Below are positions 1 through 8,349 of a stretch of DNA of 32,000 bases, one piece after another. A program made the translations under genes and the position numbers. The DNA comes from Nitrosospira multiformis ATCC 25196 (GTDB lineage Bacteria; Pseudomonadota; Gammaproteobacteria; Burkholderiales; Nitrosomonadaceae). Position 1 is the first letter of the stretch, and every line of letters starts with the position of its first letter. The DNA lies in assembly GCF_000196355.1 (NCBI RefSeq), contig NC_007614.1:2520001-2552000 (forward strand), in the 5' to 3' direction. The notes under the pieces are model-generated. The model worked only from the letters and a program-made list of their open reading frames with translations, had not been told where the DNA came from and did not search any database.

Positions 1-842
1 CTGAGACGAAGGATGCCATCATCGAGTTCGCCACGCCCGCTGAAACGATGACCCTGGGCAGCGAAATAGAGCGGCTGCCAGAACACTTCTCCTTGCGGCC
101 ACTGCGCATCCGCCTGCCACTCCCATAACCGGGGGTTCTGCGAGGGAATCTGTCCTGGCGTGCGCCTGGCCTTTGCATCGAGGATAACACTGATATTCTC
201 ACCCGCATGCAAACCGCTGACATCACTGAAGGCCACGCCCTCCACCGCCAGATGGGCATCGATGTCAGCAAGTCCCTCAAGGTCAGCCCGCAGCTTCGCT
301 TTACCATTGATTTTCCCTTTCGTGGATGAAGGCAGGACGGCATTCTCACTGACCGGCAGCAACTGTACGAACTGCGCGACCTCCCCGTTAGCCGCGGCAA
401 GCGTACCTTCCCAACCTGCTCTTCCCGTGCGAAGCGACAGCTTCCACCCCCCGCCTGTCTTGCCTGCGCTGTTTCTGATTCTCACATCCAGGATTTTTAC
501 GTCGGGAGTTCTGCCTGGAACAGACAAACGAAATGACACGGGCAGTGGCGCGGACTCCGACAACCTCAGCGCACCGCTATCACAGTTGATCTCCTCTCTG
601 CTGGTGCGAAATCGATCACAAGAAAAATGCAGGTTATGCCAGGTCTTTCCCTGTATCGCCACCTCGGACAGCTTCATCCTCAGCGAGGACGCCGGAGGAG
701 CGCCAGCGAGGGTGATCCGGATCCCCTTGATATTGGAAAAGGGGCCGCGGATATCCTCTGCAGAAAAGGTAAGAGACGCAGCCTGCGCGGATACCACTGC
801 GGGGAAGAACGCTGTCAGTATCCTGATGAGGAATTTTGTCAT
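1..842 (-). CDS. 5' part of a large exported protein of unknown function, running off the left edge (AsmA/YhdP/YdbH-like is only a guess)
   Basis: Hand translation of the minus strand from ATG (complement of 840-842) stays open for ~280 codons to position 1: MTKFLIRILTAFFPAVVSAQAASLTFSAEDIRGPFSNIKGIRITLAGAPPASSLRMKLSEVAIQGKTWHNLHF... The N-terminus looks like a signal peptide. It is absent from the track because it has no stop inside the window. The + ORF 160..936 is its low-complexity antisense shadow. Confidence 0.6.
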   Translation of the reverse strand, partial: MTKFLIRILTAFFPAVVSAQAASLTFSAEDIRGPFSNIKGIRITLAGAPPASSLRMKLSEVAIQGKTWHNLHFSCDRFRTSREEINCDSGALRLSESAPLPVSFRLSVPGRTPDVKILDVRIRNSAGKTGGGWKLSLRTGRAGWEGTLAAANGEVAQFVQLLPVSENAVLPSSTKGKINGKAKLRADLEGLADIDAHLAVEGVAFSDVSGLHAGENISVILDAKARRTPGQIPSQNPRLWEWQADAQWPQGEVFWQPLYFAAQGHRFSGRGELDDGILRL

Positions 843-1090
843 TTGCAGACCAGGCACAAGCTGTGCTGGTTGGGATTGCAGGATGAATGGAGTGAAGCGT
901 AGCCCATCTAATTCCGGTGATGGGCTGCGGCTTTAGCCTGCACCCTTCTATTCCTTCTATTATAGGGAGATGACGAGGGAAGCCCGATATGTCCCCCTGC
1001 CATTGGCCATGTTGGGATTCGTGCCTAACCCCAGTCTATTGCTGCTCTCCTGCTATAGTCTCCGACCCGTCTATCCCCTGAAACCAGTAA

Positions 1091-1978
1091 TCACGCAGGG
1101 AAAACACCGGTGGAAAGGTAACGATCCCCTCGGTCGCAAACGATCGAGACGATCGTTGCATTTTCTGTTTCCGCAGAAACCTTGAGCGCCGCGGCGAGCG
1201 CGCCGCCCGACGAAATTCCGGCAAAGATCCCCTCTTCGGACGCAAGTCGCCGCGTCATTTCTTCGGCTTCCTTCTGGGAAACCAGCATGATGCGGTCTAC
1301 CCGGCTCGAGTCATAGATTTTTGGCAAATAGGCTTCAGGCCATTTGCGGATACCGGGAATCTGGGCGCCTTCTTCCGGCTGTACACCAATGATCCGGACC
1401 TCGGGTTTCTTCTCCTTGAAGTAGCGGGAGCAACCCATGATCGTTCCGGTCGTGCCCATGCTGCTCACCAGATGAGTAATTTTTCCTTCGGTATCCCGCC
1501 AGATTTCGGGAGCAGTACCTTCGTAATGGGCGCGTGGGTTATCGGGACTGGAAAACTGGTCGAGGATGATTCCCCGCCCCTCGTCGCGCATGCGCTCGGC
1601 CACGTCGCGCGCTTCTTCCATGCTGCCCTCTCTGGAAGTCAGTATGATTTCCGCTCCGTACGCCTTCATCGATTGCCGGCGCTCCACGCTGAGATGTTCG
1701 GGCATCACCAGCACCATGCGGTAACCCATGATTGCCGCCGCCATGGCGAGCGCGATGCCGGTGTTGCCGCTGGTGGCCTCTATCAACGTATCGCCTGGCT
1801 TGATTTCCCCGCGCTCCTGCGCACGCGTAATCATCGACAAAGCGGGACGGTCTTTTACCGAACCCGCCGGATTGTTGCCTTCCAGTTTCAGGAGGACAGT
1901 GTTGGTAGTATTTCCTGGCAGGCGTTTGAGCTTGACCAGAGGCGTATTGCCGACAAAATCTTCTATGGTTTTGAACAT
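1091..1978 (-). CDS. cysM: Cysteine synthase B (O-acetylserine sulfhydrylase, PLP-dependent)
   Basis: 295 aa. N-terminus FVGNTPLVKLKRL, PLP-lysine motif GSVKDRPA, and the TSGNTGIALA and GTTGTIMG loops typical of the CysK/CysM family. Length and the short C-terminus fit CysM. Confidence 0.93.
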   Translation of the reverse strand: MFKTIEDFVGNTPLVKLKRLPGNTTNTVLLKLEGNNPAGSVKDRPALSMITRAQERGEIKPGDTLIEATSGNTGIALAMAAAIMGYRMVLVMPEHLSVERRQSMKAYGAEIILTSREGSMEEARDVAERMRDEGRGIILDQFSSPDNPRAHYEGTAPEIWRDTEGKITHLVSSMGTTGTIMGCSRYFKEKKPEVRIIGVQPEEGAQIPGIRKWPEAYLPKIYDSSRVDRIMLVSQKEAEEMTRRLASEEGIFAGISSGGALAAALKVSAETENATIVSIVCDRGDRYLSTGVFPA

Positions 1979-2141
1979 GACCTGTCCGACTTGTGAAACG
2001 TCACAACGAATTCCCGCAGTAGCCGGAGTGGCGCGTAGTGATCGTAGGAGATGAGATGAAAGCGTAACTTAGCGATAGTAGATGGGTGCGGTCAAGCCTT
2101 TACCCATTCCGCATTCTGCGGCACCAACCGGTATGCGAGGA

Positions 2142-2444
2142 TTATTCCCTGGCAGCAGGCTTGTGCTCCTTCCTGCCCGCCGTGCCGCCGCCGACAGTGA
2201 TATCCTTGCGTAGCTTCTGAACCGTGGCAGGACCAATGCCGCTTACGTTCTGCAAATCGTCCACGGACTTGAAAGACCCCTTCTTCTTGCGATAGTCGAT
2301 GATCGCCTTGGCTTTGGCCGGGCCGATTCCCTGAAGACTTTCCAGTTCGGCCTGGCTAGCGGTATTGATATTGACAGCCGCGAATGTCGCTCCGCTAAAT
2401 ACGAACAGCGTGACAAGAAGTAGAAACAACTTTTTCATAATCAT
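2142..2444 (-). CDS. comEA: ComEA-family helix-hairpin-helix DNA-binding/uptake protein, exported
   Basis: 100 aa with a signal peptide (MKKLFLLLVTLFVFSGATFA). The motifs VNINTASQAELESLQGIGPAKAKAIIDYR and LQNVSGIGPATVQKL form the tandem HhH pattern of ComEA. The start could be ATG 2444 or 2438. Confidence 0.85.
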   Translation of the reverse strand: MIMKKLFLLLVTLFVFSGATFAAVNINTASQAELESLQGIGPAKAKAIIDYRKKKGSFKSVDDLQNVSGIGPATVQKLRKDITVGGGTAGRKEHKPAARE

Positions 2445-2597
2445 CCATTAAGGTATGAGTTAAGGCTAAAGCGGGGTCATTGATAAATGCGCCGATGAAA
2501 GAAAGAGCGATATAGCTTCGTAAATATAACGTAACTGCTCGCTAAGTGGTAAGGCAAACGTTCCCTGAGAACATGGCGAGGAAGGTCGGTACTGTCC

Positions 2598-3554
2598 TTA
2601 AAACATCTCAACAGTGTATACCCATAGCCGATTGATGCCCGAACTCGTCTCTCGAGCATAAGTTACACATTCGGGAAGGATTAAGCTGACACGACTACGC
2701 GCACGTCCTTCGAGGATCCAGAAAATCGTAAATCCCAAAACTTGCACCTTTGTTGCAAGCGGTGACAGATATATATTTGCTCCTACTTCCTTACGATCAA
2801 TATCTCGTACAATCTCTTGGATCACCGCTGCAGTTGCAAAAGGATCATTTGCCGGAGCAAATCGTCTATTTGTCCTCCAATCATTGGATAACGCCACCTC
2901 ACCGCTTTCAGCGGCGCGTATCACGCTTTGTTGATACATATCAGGACTGAGCGAGGGAAATGCAAATATTGGGAACACAACAGCGTTGTCATGCGTGCTT
3001 GCTACTTCGTTGACTAGTCTATTGTCAAATCCTACCCCGAGCAGGAGATAATCTCGGCTTGTTGACGAGTTGCTACCTGCCATTCCACGTACGGGACGGA
3101 CTGTTCCGCTTGTAGTCGTGGTGAAATGGGTATCCTCATGCTTCATGTAATATTGTGGTTCTGAATACACTGCTTGAAATTCTCGAAGACCCAAATAAGC
3201 CAACTTAACTATTAAAAATGCTAGAACGTGCCGCATAAAGCCGGTAACATCAATGCATAGAGTCTTGTTTGTAAGGTCCCCCATTGCTGAAATCAATGAA
3301 TTTACTTGCCCAACCTCATCTAAATTGAGGGGACGTACAACCTCCCCACCGGATGGCTCCTCCAGTGGCAAATACCCATACTCAGGATGAATAAGCCAAA
3401 TTTTCTTATTCGCCCGAATTTGGTCAAAAACAACTCGGACACGATCACTTGAGTTAAATGCAGAAACGAAGATGTCAAAGAATGGTATTTCGTTTACGAT
3501 CCGGGTAGCGGAAACTGAACGTCGATAAAAACAAGCATAATCCATCCTGTTCAA
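2598..3554 (-). CDS. Unknown alpha/beta protein, last gene of the island operon; possible CARF-like Rossmannoid sensor domain at the N-terminus
   Basis: 318 aa with alternating hydrophobic-strand/helix pattern: FDIFVSAF, KIWLIHP, TLCIDVTGF, YLLLGVGF, AVVFPIFAF, NIYLSPLATK, VSLILPE. DVTGFMR (aa 102-108) fits the [DN]x[ST]xxx[RK] signature. The start is uncertain: TTG 3554 overlaps the upstream TGA (3551-3553), or ATG 3545. I recognise no catalytic motif. Confidence 0.72.
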   Translation of the reverse strand: MNRMDYACFYRRSVSATRIVNEIPFFDIFVSAFNSSDRVRVVFDQIRANKKIWLIHPEYGYLPLEEPSGGEVVRPLNLDEVGQVNSLISAMGDLTNKTLCIDVTGFMRHVLAFLIVKLAYLGLREFQAVYSEPQYYMKHEDTHFTTTTSGTVRPVRGMAGSNSSTSRDYLLLGVGFDNRLVNEVASTHDNAVVFPIFAFPSLSPDMYQQSVIRAAESGEVALSNDWRTNRRFAPANDPFATAAVIQEIVRDIDRKEVGANIYLSPLATKVQVLGFTIFWILEGRARSRVSLILPECVTYARETSSGINRLWVYTVEMF

Positions 3555-5566
3555 AACAATTCCGTTTGCCCAACTAGAGCTCGTGACTTGGAGAACGGGT
3601 TGTTCCAGCGGTACTCAAGCGCGCCTAATAGCATATCAAACTCCCTGCGACCATCTGGTTTAAAGATTGCATTTACTAATTCTCGTGACAGCGAAACATC
3701 TCCTCGACGCGCAATCGGCAGGCCCCATCTTGGGGCAAGTATAGGATTAATCTGTATCTTGCGATTGAGGGCTTGGCTATTTCTAGCAGGACGACCTTCA
3801 CTCAGTTCAAATAGAAATGATGAGTTTAATGCTGCGCGAAGGATAGTTCGAGCGGGCTCAGTAAGATATGAATCAGCAAAACTCACTACGGCCGGTGACA
3901 CTTCGGGAACATTCAGGGAATATCGTGCTGTACGAAGTAACTGAGCCAGCCTAGCTATGGACTCACGAACCACTTCCGTTTCGGTGCCGAGTATTACATC
4001 CTGCTCAAACACAAACCGGGCCGCTTCTAAAGCTGCCTCCGTTTGCCGATTGACAGATAACGGGCTACCTTTGATGAAATCTTCATTCCTGAATGCCGCA
4101 ATTGCATATGCGCGTTCTAGAATGATCAGGAGATTCCGAGGATTTCCGCAAGACATTCTCACAAAAGTGTCAAAACCAGCGTACGGAACACCGCGTGAAC
4201 GTTTGTAGTCTCTACACAGTTGTGCTACTAGATCTTGAGCGTAATGACCGTACGCTATCGTATACGAATCCTTTTTGCCGGCGACTCCGTCAAGAAACCT
4301 AACTGCTGACTCGCGGATCTCATTGGCAACGTCGCGTGCATCTGAAGGCCTAGAAGCTTTCTTACAGAAGCAAAGTATATTCAGCTTCTGGATTAATAGT
4401 GGAAATCCTTCCACCAAAGCTGTGAGTACGGCTGATACATTAAGATTGCCTCTGTCGTCGTTTTGACGCCATAAGGACAAAACGGTTTCAAAGGCTTGCA
4501 GATGAGTTTCTTGACCTTCTGTAATGAAGGACTTTAAGAAGGATTGATAGGCATTCCCCGATTCGACTTCAGCGAAGTGACGACTGGGATCAAAATCTCC
4601 CATTGAGCTACCGAGATCGTTCTCGGACAAGCCGACAGACGTTAATCTTTTGTAGACAAACTTTCTTGCAAACTCAGGATAACCTTTGAACGCTCTCAGT
4701 ATGTCGTCAAGATGTACAGTTTTGAACTCAGAACCTTCTCGATTCTCTTCACCGTCTGCCATAGTCGCATGGGTCTTCATGGCATAGAGTCTGCCACCCA
4801 CTCTAAAAGTAACACGTCCCTCCGCGTACCGAATGAAGCTATTTACGACTTGCTGCTGCTGCTTAGAGAAATTCTCTATCTCATCAAGAAGATAGATTAA
4901 TGAAAGTCCGCGGAGACGCGGATGCCAAACCTCGATACATTTCCGCAAATTTAAACATAGAGCACCAACCGAAAAGGGAATCCGTAGCTCCAGTGTTCCA
5001 ATAAATGCAGCATTGTTTACTCTTTCATCAATGTCAACTCGGATTCGTTGCACCCATGACTGAAACTTATCAACCGTTTGTAATGCCAGAACCTCTGGAT
5101 CTGAAACCACACGGCAAATTTCCTGCATAAAAGCTTTGTCGTCGAAAGATTCGTTTTTTGCAGATTGCCTAACATCAAGTATTGCATCTAAAACACTTTC
5201 GACTATTCGTAACTCTAAGTATGTAGCGAAAGCTTGCCGCCACTTTGCTGGCGTATCGCTGATCAACTCGAAGCGGGAGGCGTCAAGGCCGTTTGCACGA
5301 AGAAAAATGGCAAGAAACTTTTCCCTATTCAAAATCTCGATTCCATTTTGCTGTGGATTGCGGAGTCGAGTTGCTTTATAGGAGTAATAACGCAATATAT
5401 GTGTCTTACCAGAACCCTTGCCCCCTAGAATCAGTTTTGATAGTTGAGATTTAGGCTCGATGATTTGATTCATCGCCGCAGAACCTATTTCAACCCAGAG
5501 CGTATTGATCTGATCGTCTGTGTAGTCGGACGCCTTTAGCAATGCAAATGGATTTCCCTGTTTCAT
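3551..5566 (-). CDS. P-loop NTPase, 671 aa (AAA/ORC-Cdc6-like or STAND-like guess) with a long helical C-terminal region
   Basis: Walker A is GGKGSGKTH (aa 48-56, nt 5399-5425, verified by reverse translation). Walker B is LIYLLDEIEN (aa 223-232). The N-terminus begins NPFALLKA. About 400 aa of mostly helical sequence follow. ATG at 5566. Confidence 0.85.
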   Translation of the reverse strand: MKQGNPFALLKASDYTDDQINTLWVEIGSAAMNQIIEPKSQLSKLILGGKGSGKTHILRYYSYKATRLRNPQQNGIEILNREKFLAIFLRANGLDASRFELISDTPAKWRQAFATYLELRIVESVLDAILDVRQSAKNESFDDKAFMQEICRVVSDPEVLALQTVDKFQSWVQRIRVDIDERVNNAAFIGTLELRIPFSVGALCLNLRKCIEVWHPRLRGLSLIYLLDEIENFSKQQQQVVNSFIRYAEGRVTFRVGGRLYAMKTHATMADGEENREGSEFKTVHLDDILRAFKGYPEFARKFVYKRLTSVGLSENDLGSSMGDFDPSRHFAEVESGNAYQSFLKSFITEGQETHLQAFETVLSLWRQNDDRGNLNVSAVLTALVEGFPLLIQKLNILCFCKKASRPSDARDVANEIRESAVRFLDGVAGKKDSYTIAYGHYAQDLVAQLCRDYKRSRGVPYAGFDTFVRMSCGNPRNLLIILERAYAIAAFRNEDFIKGSPLSVNRQTEAALEAARFVFEQDVILGTETEVVRESIARLAQLLRTARYSLNVPEVSPAVVSFADSYLTEPARTILRAALNSSFLFELSEGRPARNSQALNRKIQINPILAPRWGLPIARRGDVSLSRELVNAIFKPDGRREFDMLLGALEYRWNNPFSKSRALVGQTELF

Positions 5567-5578
5567 CCTCGCCCTAAA

Positions 5579-6535
5579 TTAGTCATAGAACTTCTCATAC
5601 CGGACAAATACCGGATGCCAAGGAATGTTCTCGCCGTTATACCAAAAAATAGGCGGCGCATTGTCAGGAGTATTATGGCTGAATGCCAACAGCAATTGCC
5701 CATGCCTGTAGCCTGTAGGCCATTTGCGGTTCAGTTCCTTTCCATACCCTACCGCGATTTTTTTTAGTTGTTCTAACTTAAACCATGCTGGAGCGCTTCG
5801 GAAATAACGTGAATCTGAGGAAAAAGCCTTATATGAGTTATCTAGTTCGAATAGACAACTCACATGTGAGCCGAATAAAGCAGGCGAAGCCAATTTGGTC
5901 AATCCCGTTGTTGTTCCAAACAGGGAAATGAATCGCATTTCTACATTAGGACTTCCCTTTCGAATTAGGTTGAGATAAGGTTCCAAATACTCGGCCACCT
6001 GCGTACCGGAGCCAACGAGATCATCAAAAAAAACAAATCTCGTGACAGTAGGATCCTTTTGCCGATAACCCTGCTGATTGTTATCTCTGCATGGCTCAAA
6101 GGCGCTAGTGAAATCTGCGAAGAGATCTTTCTGTAGATTATTCACCTGCCGGAAGTAATACAATAAATGTGCTCCACTCTCGGCTGGGTTACCTATGCCA
6201 ACAAAACGAGTGGCCCGGAGCTCGGAGTGATACTGCTGGCGTACAAGCAAAAAATCCTTTGTTCCATTGAGATTACGGCGTATCCGCTGCAACATTGGCG
6301 ATTCAAAGTGATCTCGATAAATTGAGCGGAGCATTTCGCGAATTAGCCTCTTGTTAAAATACATGTACCTGCTCAATAAAAAAAGTACATACCGCTTCTC
6401 TTCGTCTCCGCTCTCGAAAGAGCCTTTAAAGTTACTGAGCCACATCTCAATATCAGCCCAATGAACTTCTCTTTCCCAGGCTTCCTGAACAAGGACTCGA
6501 ATTTTGTCCTCTAGCAGTGACATCTCGTCAAGCAC
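5579..6535 (-). CDS. Phosphoribosyltransferase-like (PRTase-fold) protein with an N-terminal helical extension
   Basis: 318 aa. FVFFDDLVGSGTQ (aa 167-179, nt 5999-6037, verified) matches the PRPP-binding loop pattern of type I PRTases: hydrophobic strand, two acidic residues, then a small/Thr-Gly-rich loop. GTG start at 6535 is preceded by GAGGGAG 6 nt upstream; an alternative ATG lies at 6523. Confidence 0.78.
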   Translation of the reverse strand: MLDEMSLLEDKIRVLVQEAWEREVHWADIEMWLSNFKGSFESGDEEKRYVLFLLSRYMYFNKRLIREMLRSIYRDHFESPMLQRIRRNLNGTKDFLLVRQQYHSELRATRFVGIGNPAESGAHLLYYFRQVNNLQKDLFADFTSAFEPCRDNNQQGYRQKDPTVTRFVFFDDLVGSGTQVAEYLEPYLNLIRKGSPNVEMRFISLFGTTTGLTKLASPALFGSHVSCLFELDNSYKAFSSDSRYFRSAPAWFKLEQLKKIAVGYGKELNRKWPTGYRHGQLLLAFSHNTPDNAPPIFWYNGENIPWHPVFVRYEKFYD

Positions 6536-6537
6536 GT

Positions 6538-7941
6538 TTAGCTCCCTCTATACAAACTCTTCGTGAAAACGAGAACACTTTCCCGTGAAATAATAGAAGC
6601 AGTCTTGTTTCTCTTTGTCATCAAGCCACGGGATTTTATGTGATCAATCAAATGCAGGGTTATCTCAAATCGAAGATCAGTTAACACTTCCTTCAAGTAT
6701 TCATCATTCCTCAAGGTTTCACCACAGACCTGATTATTTCCTACTACTACAATGATTGTTCCTCCGTCTTTGGTTACGCGCGCGACTTCCACCATTGCTT
6801 GCCGCAACTCTATCAAGTACGTCCTGGTTATTCGTTCCCTTGTTCTATTTTTTTGCCCAACCCGATCTAAAAGATTCTCGAAAGAACTTGAAAGACTTCC
6901 ATTCGATATTTGCCAAGATGCCGGCACATGCTCTCTCCCAATAGAGATACGTTCGAGATGTTTTAGTGTGTCTGGAGATGCATAGCCCAACCAGTTCAAT
7001 GAAAGACTGCTGGCACGAACATATTTTTGCGCACTTCCATAAGGCGGCGACGTAATCACCAAATCCACGCAATTGTCTTGAAGCTTTGTGCCTGAGACAG
7101 ACTCTCTGAGATCACGAGCATCACTACCGACGATTTTGGTTCGTGCCCGGCAACCGTTAGCAGCTCGATTAGTCTGCTGGATTCGTTGGATATTTGTGTC
7201 TACAGTTTTTTGGAACTCTGCAATCACGTTAACGTCTTGAAGCCATTCCAAGCGTTCGGAAATTATTTTAGAAGCTACGTTTCCAAGACTAGGTTTTATC
7301 CGTAGTCGCACTGGCACTGAAATGCGTGGATCAGCAAAACTGAGACGGCGTGCGGTCACTGATAAGCAAAGCTCAAAAAATTCCCGCTCGATATTTCTCG
7401 GCAATTCCCTAATTGCCCTCACAAGCTTTTCGAGGGCAATTTTAATTCTCGGCGAATACCAGAGATGATCGTTTATAACATGTATCGTTGGGGCGGTTCG
7501 AAAAGACTTTGCCCTACAACATATGCTCTTAGCAAGTTGTACCAAGACCGTCTCATTAAATGTAGTTGTCTTAACTTTAGCGATCAACAGTGCCAAGGGA
7601 TTTGCATCTGCTATTAGCGGTGTATGGCCAGCAAGAAACGCTTCAAGAGCGACTGTTCCCGATCCGCAAAATGGATCCAAAACCATCGCCTCCTTTCCAA
7701 CCAATGAACTACAACGTAAAAAAAAGTTGGCTATGTGTGGTAAAAGTTTCGCTGGGTACGGATGAAGTAGGTGAGAGTATTGGTCTCCAATCTTTACCCA
7801 ATCGACAAGCGAGCGAAAATCAACTTCAACCGGCTCGCCGGTAGTAATATATGCCGTTTTGAGCAGATTTAGCATTTCCGAAGTGTCTATCTTTTCTGGC
7901 ATCCTTTGAGAATACACTTCTTCTAATCCAGATAGATTCAC
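6538..7941 (-). CDS. DNA methyltransferase (amino-MTase, N4-cytosine or N6-adenine), motif order I then IV with a ~200-aa insert
   Basis: 467 aa. AdoMet motif I is VLDPFCGSGTVALEA (FCGSGT = aa 91-96, nt 7654-7671). Catalytic motif IV is ITSPPYG (SPPY = aa 298-301, nt 7039-7050, verified). RVTKDGGTIIVVVGN lies downstream. GTG start at 7941; the next in-frame ATG is at 7902. Confidence 0.88.
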   Translation of the reverse strand: MNLSGLEEVYSQRMPEKIDTSEMLNLLKTAYITTGEPVEVDFRSLVDWVKIGDQYSHLLHPYPAKLLPHIANFFLRCSSLVGKEAMVLDPFCGSGTVALEAFLAGHTPLIADANPLALLIAKVKTTTFNETVLVQLAKSICCRAKSFRTAPTIHVINDHLWYSPRIKIALEKLVRAIRELPRNIEREFFELCLSVTARRLSFADPRISVPVRLRIKPSLGNVASKIISERLEWLQDVNVIAEFQKTVDTNIQRIQQTNRAANGCRARTKIVGSDARDLRESVSGTKLQDNCVDLVITSPPYGSAQKYVRASSLSLNWLGYASPDTLKHLERISIGREHVPASWQISNGSLSSSFENLLDRVGQKNRTRERITRTYLIELRQAMVEVARVTKDGGTIIVVVGNNQVCGETLRNDEYLKEVLTDLRFEITLHLIDHIKSRGLMTKRNKTASIISRESVLVFTKSLYRGS

Positions 7942-7952
7942 AAATCTATCTG
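7929..7952. promoter_or_regulatory. Perfect 10-bp inverted repeat (CAGATAGATT-caca-AATCTATCTG) centred on the methyltransferase GTG start codon
   Basis: Read directly. Arms are 7929-7938 and 7943-7952, with spacer 7939-7942. The GTG start is the complement of 7939-7941. It could be a dimeric-protein operator or an mRNA hairpin occluding the start. Confidence 0.55.
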
Positions 7953-8184
7953 CCCATCAAATCCAACAATAAAGCCACCAAGAGAAGATCTCATTAACGA
8001 CTGGCATCAATAAGCTTCTCTTCTTAAAACTTCTTAATGGATGTACCAGAAAGCAGGGCATTGATAGTATTGGAATTGAACTTCCCGGATGGGAGACGGA
8101 TGTATTTATTAGGTCTTGAATTTTTCAGTTCTTTCACTCGTTTAGGCCGGAATAGCTTTTTCAAAGACCACGACTAGGAGAAAG

Positions 8185-8349
8185 ATGCATTGTGTTTTCA
8201 TCAACTTTTGCCCCAGATTGTTAGATTTTCATCCATCAAAACTGGTTAAGCTATGCAAAAAGTTCAATGCTTGTGTTCCGATCCAAACTCGCTGCACAAA
8301 TAATGTTTTTAGACGTATAAATACCTTTCTAAACCAAGACAGCAAGTAA
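8185..8349 (+). CDS. Candidate small Cys-rich basic protein (54 aa), below the track cut-off
   Basis: ATG 8185 is preceded by AGGAG (8176-8180, 4-nt spacer). Sequence: MHCVFINFCPRLLDFHPSKLVKLCKKFNACVPIQTRCTNNVFRRINTFLNQDSK, with TAA at 8347-8349. It ends 5 nt before the bidirectional terminator hairpin. No family recognised. Confidence 0.3.
   Translation: MHCVFINFCPRLLDFHPSKLVKLCKKFNACVPIQTRCTNNVFRRINTFLNQDSK

Noticed and set aside
160-936. 258-aa + strand ORF (and nested 627..902)
   Set aside because: Ser/Arg/Ala/Pro-rich low-complexity translation with no motifs. It lies antisense to a much more protein-like open frame on the minus strand (1..842) that has a signal peptide.
2445-2600. Search for att-like direct repeats flanking the island (left 2445-2600 versus right 7953-8400)
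   Set aside because: Only an 8-mer (CATTGATA) is shared, which is expected by chance for regions this size. No integrase or tRNA supports site-specific integration.
2477-2659. 60-aa minus ORF at the island's left edge
   Set aside because: It overlaps the 3' end of the 318-aa gene out of frame, with no Shine-Dalgarno and no motifs.
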